A DNA stretch of 64,000 bases, from NCBI GenBank assembly GCA_951406725.2, contig OX597835.1, positions 21,142,001 through 21,206,000 of the forward strand, written 5' to 3'. Numbering within the stretch: position 1 is the first letter of the stretch; the number at the start of each line of letters is the position of its first letter. Made by a program: the position numbers and the translations under genes. Below, one piece after another: positions 52,202 through 64,000 of this stretch. The DNA is from Octopus vulgaris. Its lineage: Eukaryota. The notes under the pieces are model-generated. The model did no database searches. It was not told the DNA's origin and saw nothing but the letters and a program-made list of their open reading frames with translations.

Positions 52202-53218
52202 CACGCATAATCAGGTTCAAAGTTTCTGGTGTGAAATTGAAATTGAAGGACGATCTAGTACGGAGAATCTGGTAGCAGGTAAATAAGGGTCTTGTAGTTA
52301 TTTACGCAATACCCTCAAATGATACCCAAAGTAGTATGGTGATTGACACTATCTTGAAATAAAGACCATATTGAGTGCTGCAATTTCGGGCAGAGGTTTA
52401 TGGTGAGTTAACATCATAATATTTTATCAAGGATCGTATGGTTACCCCATTGTGAAAAACTATTAAAAAAACATTATAGCGTAATGAAACTATATCTAGC
52501 ATTTCCTACGACAGTGGTTTCGTCTCCTGCCACGATTTTGCGGGACTCGGCTGTTGAAATCGCTGGAATATATCTTTCTCTCATTCTTTATTCCTACATC
52601 TTGCAGCTCACCTTCGACGGACCGGCGTCCCGTCTAGGTGGGGAACCGCTACGCCAAGGAAACCGGGAAACCGGGCCCTTATGAGGCAAGCATAGCTTAA
52701 GAAGGAACGAACAACAACATATCAGGCGGTATAAATAAAGTATTGAATACTTCTGATACTGACGCAGCGTAACAATACTGAAGTGTCAAAGCAACGAAAA
52801 TCATCTCCGAGAGTTGGACTGTCTTGTTTAAAAATAAAAATGTCGAGAAATGAAAACGTATGAATGTCAACAAAGGTAAGATGATAAGCAGTGAATAGAT
52901 AACAAGTAATTGGTCGTGTTCTCAAGCAAGGTTCTCACTGTGGGAAAGCGATATAATGTGGCTACATAAGAAGGACCATGGCATTAAATTGATAGTGTAT
53001 AGTAATGCCATCAAAAGTTGTAGCCAGGTCCAAAATGTTTAAGTTGACTGATATTGGACTTAAGAGAAATTATCTGCAAAATACTTTGTAATTGATAATG
53101 GCAGAGACACGGGTAAAATAGATGAAAGATGAGGAAAAAGAACACATCTTGAATGTGGAACAATAAAAAAAAATATTGCTGCGTGTTTCGTGACGTTAGA
53201 AATGTCCCTCCTCCCGAT

Positions 53219-53305
<87 letters not shown>

Positions 53306-53396
53306 CATCTATTCATACATTTATGTGTGTGTGTTTCTCTCTGTGTGTATACATATACATTAGTATATATACGCACATACACACATATACATATAC

Positions 53397-53455
<59 letters not shown>

Positions 53456-54079
53456 CATACATTTATACGTGTGTGTGCGTGCGTGTCTAGGTTTATGGCA
53501 AATTTTTAAATTTCAAATAATTTTTCATCTCGATTTAGTACATATGATTTCATGTAGCCTTCATTTCAGCCGTTTGTACTCGTGTTTTACAGAACGGAGT
53601 GAAATAGACACTACAGGCAAAATTGCGTTTGCATTGTTCTATGTTAAAAGAGTTTTGAATTTCCTATCTTTCAAGGAATTTATGTTTTCAAAAGACAGAA
53701 ATTAGAACACTGTGAAGAAAAACAAAACGAAATCGTTAACATTTAAAACATATGTGAAATTTACAAACGAGAAATTTAATTTAGCAATGGCAGCAGAACG
53801 TATTTGTAAAATATTTGCAAGAAAATTCATTTGATTTCAATAGATAAAGGAATGCTAAACTACTTGAATTATTTAACATTGATTACACAAAAGAGAAATA
53901 AATACGAATTAAGAAGAAAAGAGGGCTGAGGTATGTTAGTAAAGAGGAATAACATTGAAGATTTTGACTGATATGTTTTGCGCTGTGATACTTATAGGGT
54001 GCTGAGTACTTTTGTGTGACCTATTTGCAAATAATTGGATTAGTTAGCTGAAAGTTAAGCGAACTAATGCTTATCTCTT

Positions 54080-54750
54080 TTCCACTCTAGGCACAAAAGC
54101 CCGGAATTTGGGGGAGAGGGTGAGTCGATTAGACCGACCCCAGTACGTGACAGGTACTTAATTTATAAGGCGGCGAGCTGGCAGAATCGTTAGCACGTTT
54201 ATAAGGCGGCGAGCTGGCAGAATCATTAGCACGTTAGTCGAAATGCTTAGCGGTATTTCGTCTGCCGCTACGTTCTGAGTTCAAATTCCGTCGAGGTCGA
54301 CTTTGCCTTTCATCCTTTCGGGGTCGATTAAATAAGAACCAGTTACGCACTGGGTTCGATGTAATCGACTTAATCCGTTTGTCTGTCCTTGTTTGTCCCC
54401 TCTGTGTTTAGCCCCTTGTGGGTAATAAAGAAATAGGTATTTCGTCTGCCGCTACGTTCTGAATTCAAATTCCGCCGAGGTCGACTTTGCCTTTCATCCT
54501 TTCGGGGTCGATTAAATAAGAACCAGTTACGCACTGGTGTCGATGTAATCGACTTAATCCTTTTGTCTGTCCTTGTTTGTCCCCTCTGTGTGTAGCCCAT
54601 TGTGGGTAGTAAAGAAACAGGTACTTAATTTATCGAGCCCGAATGATGAAAGGCAAAGTCGACCTTGGCGGTATTTGAACTCCGAACGAAAAGACAGACG
54701 AAATAGCGCTAAGCATTTCGCCCGGCGTGCTAACGTTTCTGCCAGCTCGC
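54080..54750. mobile_element. Minus-strand family A-related SINE interrupted by a plus-strand family A dimer
   Basis: 17-bp TSD acaggtacttaatttat at 54150-54166 and 54617-54633; the inner dimer has the standard junction at about 54437 and a duplicated ~35-bp 5' head. Confidence 0.87.
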
Positions 54751-55605
54751 ACAATATTAAATTAAAACCCACAAATCTTGTAATTAAAGCTTCCTAGCGC
54801 TTCCTAATCGAAATAATTTATATATTAAATACTATTAAACCACAAATATTATATCTTCAGTTGTAATATATTAAGCAAATATAAAGTACAGAAAAAATAA
54901 TGGAGATTACCCTGACTTGCTTTCTGGTTAGTCGACCTCCCCAACTTCATTAGAAAATAAGTAACCAATCGTTCATTAGCTGAAGTAAAAACATGATTAT
55001 AGTGGATAAAATAATATGTGTATAATATGCATCTAAGAGTGCGGAACATGCAGTTTGAGAACATCAGTCATGAGTGAAATGACGAATTCCCACTCAAACT
55101 TTCTGGTAAAAAAATCATTTGAAATTATTTGAAATTTCAATTAAGGCTGTCCCCTTAATTGGCTCAACCGTAATCCTCGCCGTCGTAACCAACGGAATGC
55201 CAGCCTTTGTTATAATAAATGTTGGGGGTTATTTTACGCCAGAGCAGCTCGAATTCAGGTAGCCTGTCCGTGAATATAATCCATTTTCCTTTTTTTACCT
55301 TCTCGTTTCTCTTTCCAAAAGTAGTCTATAATAAGTTATGTTATTTAATACATCGCCTGCTCTTTCAGTTGTTACATTGCTTTAACGAATGATTGTTCAC
55401 AATTATATATATGTGTATACATATTTAAAGAGAGGTGTACATATATATATTTATATATGTTTAAGTAGTTGATTGAATTATCCTAGTATGGATAATTCTG
55501 TTAACCGATACCCGGGTAGCAAATTTACGTCAGAAAGCACGGTTGAAGCTACATGCCAAGGGCAGAAATCACGTGCTTTCGTGTGGAAATTTGTGTGTTT
55601 TTTAC

Positions 55606-55823
55606 TATAGATAAATGAAAGAATGGAGTCGAACGACGATTTAACAAAATTCCTTTATTCTCGACATATGTTTCGAAGACTGCATATTCTTAATTCCGAA
55701 GGAATAAAGGGTGCATTATGCCGCCTTCTCATCAGGAAAGACAAGGAACTTATGTCAGCATATGTCGAGAATAAAAGAATTTTGTTAAATCGTCGTTCGA
55801 CTCCATTCTTTCATTTATCTATA
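55606..55823. mobile_element. Penelope-like inverted end: 65-bp inverted repeat enclosing a hammerhead
   Basis: 55606-55670 pairs with 55759-55823. Confidence 0.78.
55657..55739 (-). ncRNA. Type-I hammerhead ribozyme with extended stem II
   Basis: Minus strand tttc-CTGATGA-gaaggc-ggcata...tatgca-gtcttc-GAAA-catatg-TC-gaga; canonical core, GUC site, palindromic stem III (acatatgt). Confidence 0.82.
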
Positions 55824-56380
55824 TTTATATATGTATATATACGTGTGTGTGTAAATATATATGTGTAGTTCTATTTATATTGTTGTGTTTTGGGAAAGTC
55901 ATTACGCTAATAAAAATAAACATACGCAATAGTTCAATATCACTTCTTTATTGGTAGACAATTGGTTAAATATCTAACAACCTAACTAACTACCTAACAA
56001 TCAATCGGTTATTTTTTAGTCAAAATCGTTTCATCACTTTTCGCAGCCTCATCAAAGACACAACTCCTCTCATTAAGGTCTGGCACGAGTCTGTATAACC
56101 ATTGTTGCCGTAATGGCTCTCCGGATAAGATTAATTTCAACACATCAATTGACATGAAGTATCTTGCAAACCAACCACGATGATGAAGCCTCTCTCCCTC
56201 TCTTTATATATGTATGTATGTATGCATGTATGTATGTATGTATGTATGTATGTATGTATGTATGTATGTATGTATATACATATATATAGTAAATCCCCAA
56301 AAAACGAAGAACAAACACAAAAGCAACAACGTGAGGACGTGGAACATGTAAAGTATTAGCAGACGCTCAAGGAAGGAAAG

Positions 56381-56434
<54 letters not shown>

Positions 56435-56460
56435 TTATACATATATATGCATACATATGC

Positions 56461-56495
<35 letters not shown>

Positions 56496-56575
56496 TCTAT
56501 ATATATACATATACATATATATATGTATGTATGTATAGGTATGTATGTATGTATATGTATGTATGTATATATGAG

Positions 56576-56607
<32 letters not shown>

Positions 56608-56663
56608 TATGTATGTATATATATATATATGTATGTATGTATATGTATGTATATATATGTATG

Positions 56664-56695
<32 letters not shown>

Positions 56696-57257
56696 TATAT
56701 ATGTATGTATGTATATATATGTATATATATATATGTATGTATATATATATATATGTATGTATATATATGTATATATATATACATATATGTATGTATGCAT
56801 ATATATATATGTATGTATATATATATATGTATGTATATATATATATATGCATGTATATATATATATATATATGCATGTATAACTAAATATAACAACCTTT
56901 CCGAATGACATTCTCCTTAAATAGTTTCATAATAATTTTATGAAAGTTCCCAACATATTTTTGTCGCCATTTTGTAATTGGTGTATTTCACTTTTGTTTG
57001 TCTATTTGCATTGTTTCTTCCGATCTTCCTCCCTCTCCTTCCTCCCCTTCCTTCCTTCCTTCCTTCATTCCTTCCTTCCTTTCTTCTTTCTTTCCTTCCT
57101 TATCTCTTTTTCTTCCTTCTTTTCTTCCTTTCTTTCACCTCTTCGTTCTTTATCATTTTCTAACTCTGACGTCAGCTACGTTAAACAATGGAGCAGTTTA
57201 TATATTTTCGTATAATTCCCGTTCTGTGTCATCCAAATCATCACCACCACCACCACC

Positions 57258-57343
<86 letters not shown>

Positions 57344-57557
57344 TAATAATAATAGTAATAATAATGATAATAATAATAATAATAGTAATAATAATAGTAG
57401 TAGTAGTAGTAGTAGTAGTAGTAATAGTAGTAGTAGTAGTAGTAGTAGTAGTATCATTACTATCATTATTATGAAGCATTAATGAAGGATGTAAATATTG
57501 ATTCGATAAGACTTATATAAAGCAGCGGCGCCATAAATATTTTGGCAAAGGAACAAC

Positions 57558-57588
<31 letters not shown>

Positions 57589-57946
57589 GAGGAGGAGGAG
57601 GAGGAGGATCATTCGTGGGAGAAGGACGAACTGGTCGATGGAATCTATTGCAGCGAATCATTGGAATTTGTTTCATCTCCATCAGATTGATGAAAGGCCA
57701 AGGTGACCCCTGTGGGATCACAATTCAGAAAGAAAATGAAGAAGCAAAGGAATGGGTGAGGTACGTTGTAGGGTGGATTGAGGTGAATAAACTAAATGTG
57801 AGAATGAATGTTAGAAAACCGTTAATATGTCACAGATGCCGCCATAATTCTAGACGCACAATCTATTAAGTGACATTTTGATACATTTTTCATTCATCAC
57901 GAACTAATTATTGTTGTTGTTGTTAGTGTTATTGTTTCGTTGTAGT

Positions 57947-58256
57947 GAAGGTGTGTGGCTAAGCGGTTAGGGTAGTAGGTTCAAGATCTTGCATTCGAAT
58001 CCTGGTGGTGCTTTCGAATCTTGCATTTGAGTCCTGGTCGTGCTTTTTGTCCTTGAGAATAACACATTTTTCATGTTACTCCAATTTACTCAGGTGGTAG
58101 AAATGAATTGCACCTGTAATTCAAAGGGCCAGCTTTGTCACGTACTGAATCTCTCAGGGAGGTGTGCTCAGTCAGTCACACGTTAATTTCATGAACAGGC
58201 TGTCCCCTTAATTGGCTCAACTGTAATCCTCGTCGTCGTAACCAACGGAATGCCAG
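57947..58256 (+). mobile_element. Diverged tRNA-derived SINE (fourth family)
   Basis: A box tggctaagcggttagg, B box ttcgaatcctgg, followed by a body ending ctcgtcgtcgtaaccaacggaatgcca. Confidence 0.6.
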
Positions 58257-58509
58257 CTTTTGTTATAATAAATGTTGGGGTTATTTTACGCTAAAAAAAG
58301 AAACTTAACTCCTGTTTGCAAACTGGTGATTTCCTCGACTTGAAAATTGTTAAAGTTTATTTTTACTGCTATTCGCTGGTTTCCTCTGATAAAAAATAAG
58401 TTGACGAAAATACAGCTAGGGCCATGAAGAATGTCCTCCTAAAATTGGAGTGACAAGCGTGCTAATTTGTGGACGTGCATAAATTACATTCTCGTACACA
58501 CACACACAA

Positions 58510-58555
<46 letters not shown>

Positions 58556-59163
58556 AAACACACATCATGCCTTTTATATATAAAGATAATGTGAAGACGC
58601 GTAGCCTAGTAGTGGGAGTGTTGCCCTAACGAAACCACGATCTAGTGTTCTTCAGCAAAACGTTTTTTTTTTTCACGTTGATCCAAGTCCACTCATCTGT
58701 AAAAGGTAAGTAAATGTTAACCTGCAACGAACTAGCTTTCCGTTCGGGTGATTATTGGCCGCATCGCCTGGCCAGCGGAATGCCACCAATTCGAATATAC
58801 AATATATAACAACATCCAATAGTCTGATTGAAACAATAATACAGTGAACAAAACTAAATATTTCCAGCAACGAACTTATTTCGTTTCCCAATACAGAAGA
58901 ATATTTCAGAAACGACTATTAAAATAGAATGTGCCAGAATAGCAAGTATACGATTGCAATAAAATAATGAAGTAATAGAATATTCGGTAAAGGTGTAGTT
59001 TGAGCTAGAAGCTACGATTTTTATCTGATATAAGTTTTATCACAAACAATAGAATTGTAAACGAATTGAATTTAAATTTATTAAAGAGGAAGTCTATACA
59101 TATATGAAACAAATTTGGCATATGTAATTTTTGGTAGACGGTGATAAGAAAGGTGTTTATCTT

Positions 59164-59194
<31 letters not shown>

Positions 59195-59256
59195 CTCTCT
59201 CCCTCTCTAACACAAGCGCACACGCACTTCCTCTCAGTGCCCATCCATCCATCTAC

Positions 59257-59321
<65 letters not shown>

Positions 59322-59543
59322 ACTCCATCCCTCTCTTTCTCACTCTATCTACCACTCTCTCCCATCTCTCCCTCTATATATATATATATATATATGTGTG
59401 TATGTGTGTGCATGTATATATATATATATATATATGCGCACATACATAGACACAAATGCATGTATCCATACATAGATACATACATGCATACACAAGCAAA
59501 CATACATATATATCTGTATGCGTGTATATATATTGTATGTAAG

Positions 59544-59615
<72 letters not shown>

Positions 59616-59681
59616 CATGTATGTAATACACATACACGCACACATATATATATATATGTATGTATGCATGTATGTTTGTAC

Positions 59682-59729
<48 letters not shown>

Positions 59730-60529
59730 ACACGTACATAAACATGTGTGCGTGCGTTTCTACTTGTGTATGCTATTGTGTACACTATAGTATCTGCATA
59801 TGTATTTATATATGGCAAAGCTTCCCATTTTTTTTCAAACCGGCAATATTAAATCAAGTCTGTCTTCGAGTTAAAATTATAAATACAATAGGTGAAGCAA
59901 ATGCCCCTAGTTAAAGTATTATCGAATATATTATTAAAAAATGTTAAAAATCTTATACACTTTCCCAAACCATAAACAGTCAGACTATAGTATAAAATCA
60001 CTAAAAACAATTAAAAACCAAAATAAACATGAAACATCATATCAACTACGAAACTACATGCCAGAGATCATATTTCAGACAAACAATCTAATTTACATAT
60101 GTTAATGCAAATATTAATATAATAAATTTTAGATCTCAAATTATATTACCATACAAACATGTACAAAACATTCGTGTTGACTTACTATGCATTTACCAGA
60201 GGGACATATTACAACAAGTAATACTAATAATACTGGACATAAATATAAAGAATGGGAAGGAAAAATATTAGTTCATAATATTACATATGAACAAAACTAA
60301 AATTAAATACAGAATATTTATTCATTGCAAAATGGAAACCATACTCTGAGACTGAGATACATCACATGTGACATTATCTAGGAAAGTGAACATATTAGGG
60401 TTGGTAAGTGTCAATCGGATGTTCCGGTTGTGTATACAGAGAAAACCAACCTTATTTCGTAGTTAGCTTCGACAGACTTCGGCCACGTCCTTGCCGTATT
60501 CTTGTGATATTCTTTTGATTCTAGAATTA

Positions 60530-60623
60530 CGTTTCATATGATGAATAGGGTTTTTTTGTAATGGAGTAATGTTCTCATTCTACTATTCAAAACAAACGCG
60601 TATGAAACAGCTGTAAGGAAATG
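60530..60623 (+). ncRNA. Degenerate type-I hammerhead at the end of a decayed Penelope-like region (about 59830-60720)
   Basis: cgtttcat-ATGATGA-atagggttt...aaacgcgtat-GAAA-cagctg-TA-aggaaatg; stem I pairs at 7 of 8 positions; palindromic stem III; C3 is mutated. Confidence 0.6.
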
Positions 60624-60799
60624 ACAATTATCCATCGTCAGTCATTCATTAATCATATATGTATATAACGATATTTTTCAACTGCTATTTTCATATTCTT
60701 ATTACTTGCTCTGCCTGATATTATGAATATGCTGAGTCTTCATTAGAAATCATTCTTTCTCTCTTTTTAGACCTCTCAAAGAGTCTCTCTCTCTCTCTC

Positions 60800-60917
<118 letters not shown>

Positions 60918-60920
60918 ATA

Positions 60921-61131
60921 CGGCGAGCTGGCAGAAAGTTCAGCACTCTGGGCGAAAAGCTTAGCGCTATTTCGTCTGTCTTTATGATCTGAGTTCAAAT
61001 TCCACCGAGGTCGACTTTACCTTTTTTTTTCCTTTCTGGGTCCATAAATTAAGTACCTTTTGCATACTGGGGTCGCTCTAGTAAACTAGCCCTCTCCCCC
61101 AAAATTTCCTTCCTTGTGCCTAGAGTAGAAA
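60921..61131 (+). mobile_element. SINE family A variant with an alternative 3' end (cctctcccccaaaattt...gtgcctagagtagaaa)
   Basis: Family A head and core; the tail matches the reverse complement of 54080-54120. Confidence 0.8.
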
Positions 61132-61521
61132 ATTATATATATGCACATACACACACCTATTGATCAAGCATTTAAAACAACAGTGTACTCAATGCGTGAA
61201 TTGAGAAAACTGTGAGCATAGATTTTTACGAAAGCTCACTGTAAGTCTGATCAGCAAACCTAATTAATTAATAAACTTAGCAAATGATTTATCAGACAAA
61301 TTTGACAGATCTTTACCCAAGATTCCGTAAAAACTTCGAAGTCTTCTAAAAAAAAAAATTGCTTACGTATGTCTGTGTGATTGCTTTTATGATTAATTAA
61401 TTAGGTAGCTGATATAAAGCATTACACGTGTGCGTGTGTGTATGTGTGTATTAATATGTATGTATATATATACATATATATATATATGTATATATACTTA
61501 CATACATATATATATATATGA

Positions 61522-61607
<86 letters not shown>

Positions 61608-62295
61608 GTATACACACATATATATGTATGTATAGATATATATGTTTGTACACATAAAAATATGCATAAACACACACGCACTTACAAGCACCCAGACACA
61701 AACATACACACTCATATATACACACACACACGTATATACAGGGACACATACCCACGCGCAATGAATTCTTTATGTATAGATACCTATATATACACATGCA
61801 TGTGTGTGTATACATACATACATATATATATAGAGAGAGAGAGGGAGAGAGAGATAGATAGATAGATAGATATGTAATGTATGTATATATATATATAATT
61901 ATATGAATGTATATTCGTATATATATATATACATACATAACTATACACGAATATATATGTATATATATATGTATATAAGTATGTGTGTGTCTGTGTGCGC
62001 GCGTGTGTGCACTCGCATGTATACCTGTGCTGTCATGGTCACAGACATACACACACATCAAACAGTATGTGCAAAGAGAACGAATCAAACGAATCGCTTT
62101 TGTTTGTTTTTTTTTTACCTGGAATGAGAATTTAGTTTCATTTTAATTGATACACGACGTCACTTTCCGTTAATGAATCCATCTGATCTAGCAATGCGAA
62201 ATTGTGTCTTCGCGTGATTAAATGTACAGCATTCCTGCTGCGATATACAATGATTAGCATCTCCATCTTTTATATACATACATACATGCATATAC

Positions 62296-62378
<83 letters not shown>

Positions 62379-62876
62379 TATATACATAATATATACACAC
62401 ACACATAATATATATATAATATATACGTAAATATATATATACATGTGTATATACATATATATATACAATATATACATAATATATGTACACACACACATAT
62501 ATATGCGATATATATATAATATATACGTAAATATATATATACATGTGTATATACATATATATATATCATATATATACATATGTATATATATATTATATAT
62601 ACATATGTATATATATATATATATTATATGTACATATGTATATATATATATACATACGTGCATACATACATACATACAACATGCATATATCTCAAAGGAT
62701 CTGCATGTATATATATGCATGTACATGCATCATACATGCATACATACATATAGATATATATATATATATATATATATGCGCATTACCATTCATTTATGCA
62801 CACACACACTAACTTATATACATAAGTAACTATATATATATATGTAGTATTGATATATATTATATGCGTGTCTGTC

Positions 62877-62946
<70 letters not shown>

Positions 62947-63329
62947 TCCATATGTCTGTATAGGCACACCACACATCATATGGAAGCCTCTGCTGAAAGT
63001 AAGTAAAAGTGCTGTGAATATCATTAATTAATTGAGTTAATCTAATTTAACAGCCACATCACAATCCGATTTGTTTGACAATATCACATTCTGATCGGCA
63101 CCTTACCCAAAAAAAAAAATCTCTATCTAGAATCTATGATTAGATGCATGTTGCTTTGGAATTGGATAGCATCATTTGTTTTAATTATTTACCAAAATTA
63201 ATTAGATGTCTTTCCTCACTGAAAATTAACAGATCCTAATAATTTAGTTAAGCAACGACAATGTTTCGTTTTGTTATCTAATCTTTCTTTACTTTCCTTT
63301 TCTTTTGTTTCTGTCATCGCTTCTCATCC

Positions 63330-63970
63330 TTGTTGCCGTATTGTTGCTGTTGTTGTTGTTGTTGTTGCTGTTGTTGTTGTTGTTGTTGTTCTTCTTCTTC
63401 TTCTTCTTCTTCTTCTTTTTCTTCTTTTCGTTCTTCTTCTTCTCCCTCTTCTTTTGTTTCTTCTTCCTTTTCTTCTTCTTCTTCCTCTTTTTCTTCTCCT
63501 CGTTCTTCTTCTTCTCGTTCTTCTCCTTCTCGTTCTTCTTCTTCTTCCTCTACCTCTTCTTCTTCTCCTTCTCGTTCTTCTTCTGCTTCTTCTTCTTTTA
63601 CTGCTCCTTCGTCTTCTTCTTCTTCTTCTTCTTTTTCTTCTTCTCGTTGTTTTTGTCCTTTTTCTTCTTCTCTTTTTCTCTCTTTTCCATCGTCTTCTAC
63701 ATCTTCCCCTCCTCCTCCTTCCCTCTCCTTCACCTCCACCTTCTCATCATCATCATCGTCGTCGTTCTCGCCGTCGCCATCGTGTTCGGTGTCGTCGTCT
63801 TCAGCTGCTGCTCCCCTTCTTCTTTCTCAACCTCTTTTTTTTTTGTCATCACGAACGTCGTCGTCGTTTTGAACATCATCATCATGATTATCATAATTGT
63901 CATCATTGTCATCGTCGTTATCATCATCACCACCATCGCTACCACCATTTTTGTAATCCTCACCATCATC
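63330..63970. repeat. (TGT)n/(TTC)n/(TCA)n low-complexity tract
   Basis: Direct inspection. Confidence 0.92.
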
Positions 63971-64000
63971 CTCTTTTCTTTACCGACTTGTTCTTCCCTT

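Noticed and set aside
59830-60520. Possible Penelope GIY-YIG coding remnant upstream of the 60530 hammerhead
   Set aside because: Too decayed to read a motif confidently; needs TBLASTN or an HMM search.

Overview
AT-rich eukaryotic intergenic or intronic DNA, saturated with (TA)n, (CA)n and trinucleotide microsatellites and with transposable elements. The repeat landscape resembles octopus (coleoid cephalopod) genomes; this is from recall and was not verified. I can support no host protein-coding exon, and nearly all of the ORF track is microsatellite translation. Recognisable content: a decayed Tc1 transposase; a 5'-truncated but stop-free CR1-group LINE ORF2 (908 aa); RTE and R4/Dong-like LINE fragments; a 2.27-kb ORF1-only (CCHC knuckle, no RT) L1/Tx1-like element inserted with a 15-bp TSD into the tRNA-derived head of a SINE; several tRNA-derived SINE families, including head-to-tail multimers with a fixed junction; non-autonomous Helitrons; and piggyBac- and mariner-type MITEs. 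The most notable non-coding signal is about ten minimal type-I hammerhead ribozyme motifs from several unrelated families, some with recurrent non-canonical cores. They sit in Penelope/retrozyme-like inverted or direct-repeat structures within (TA)n, including a 1.65-kb palindrome with one motif in each arm.
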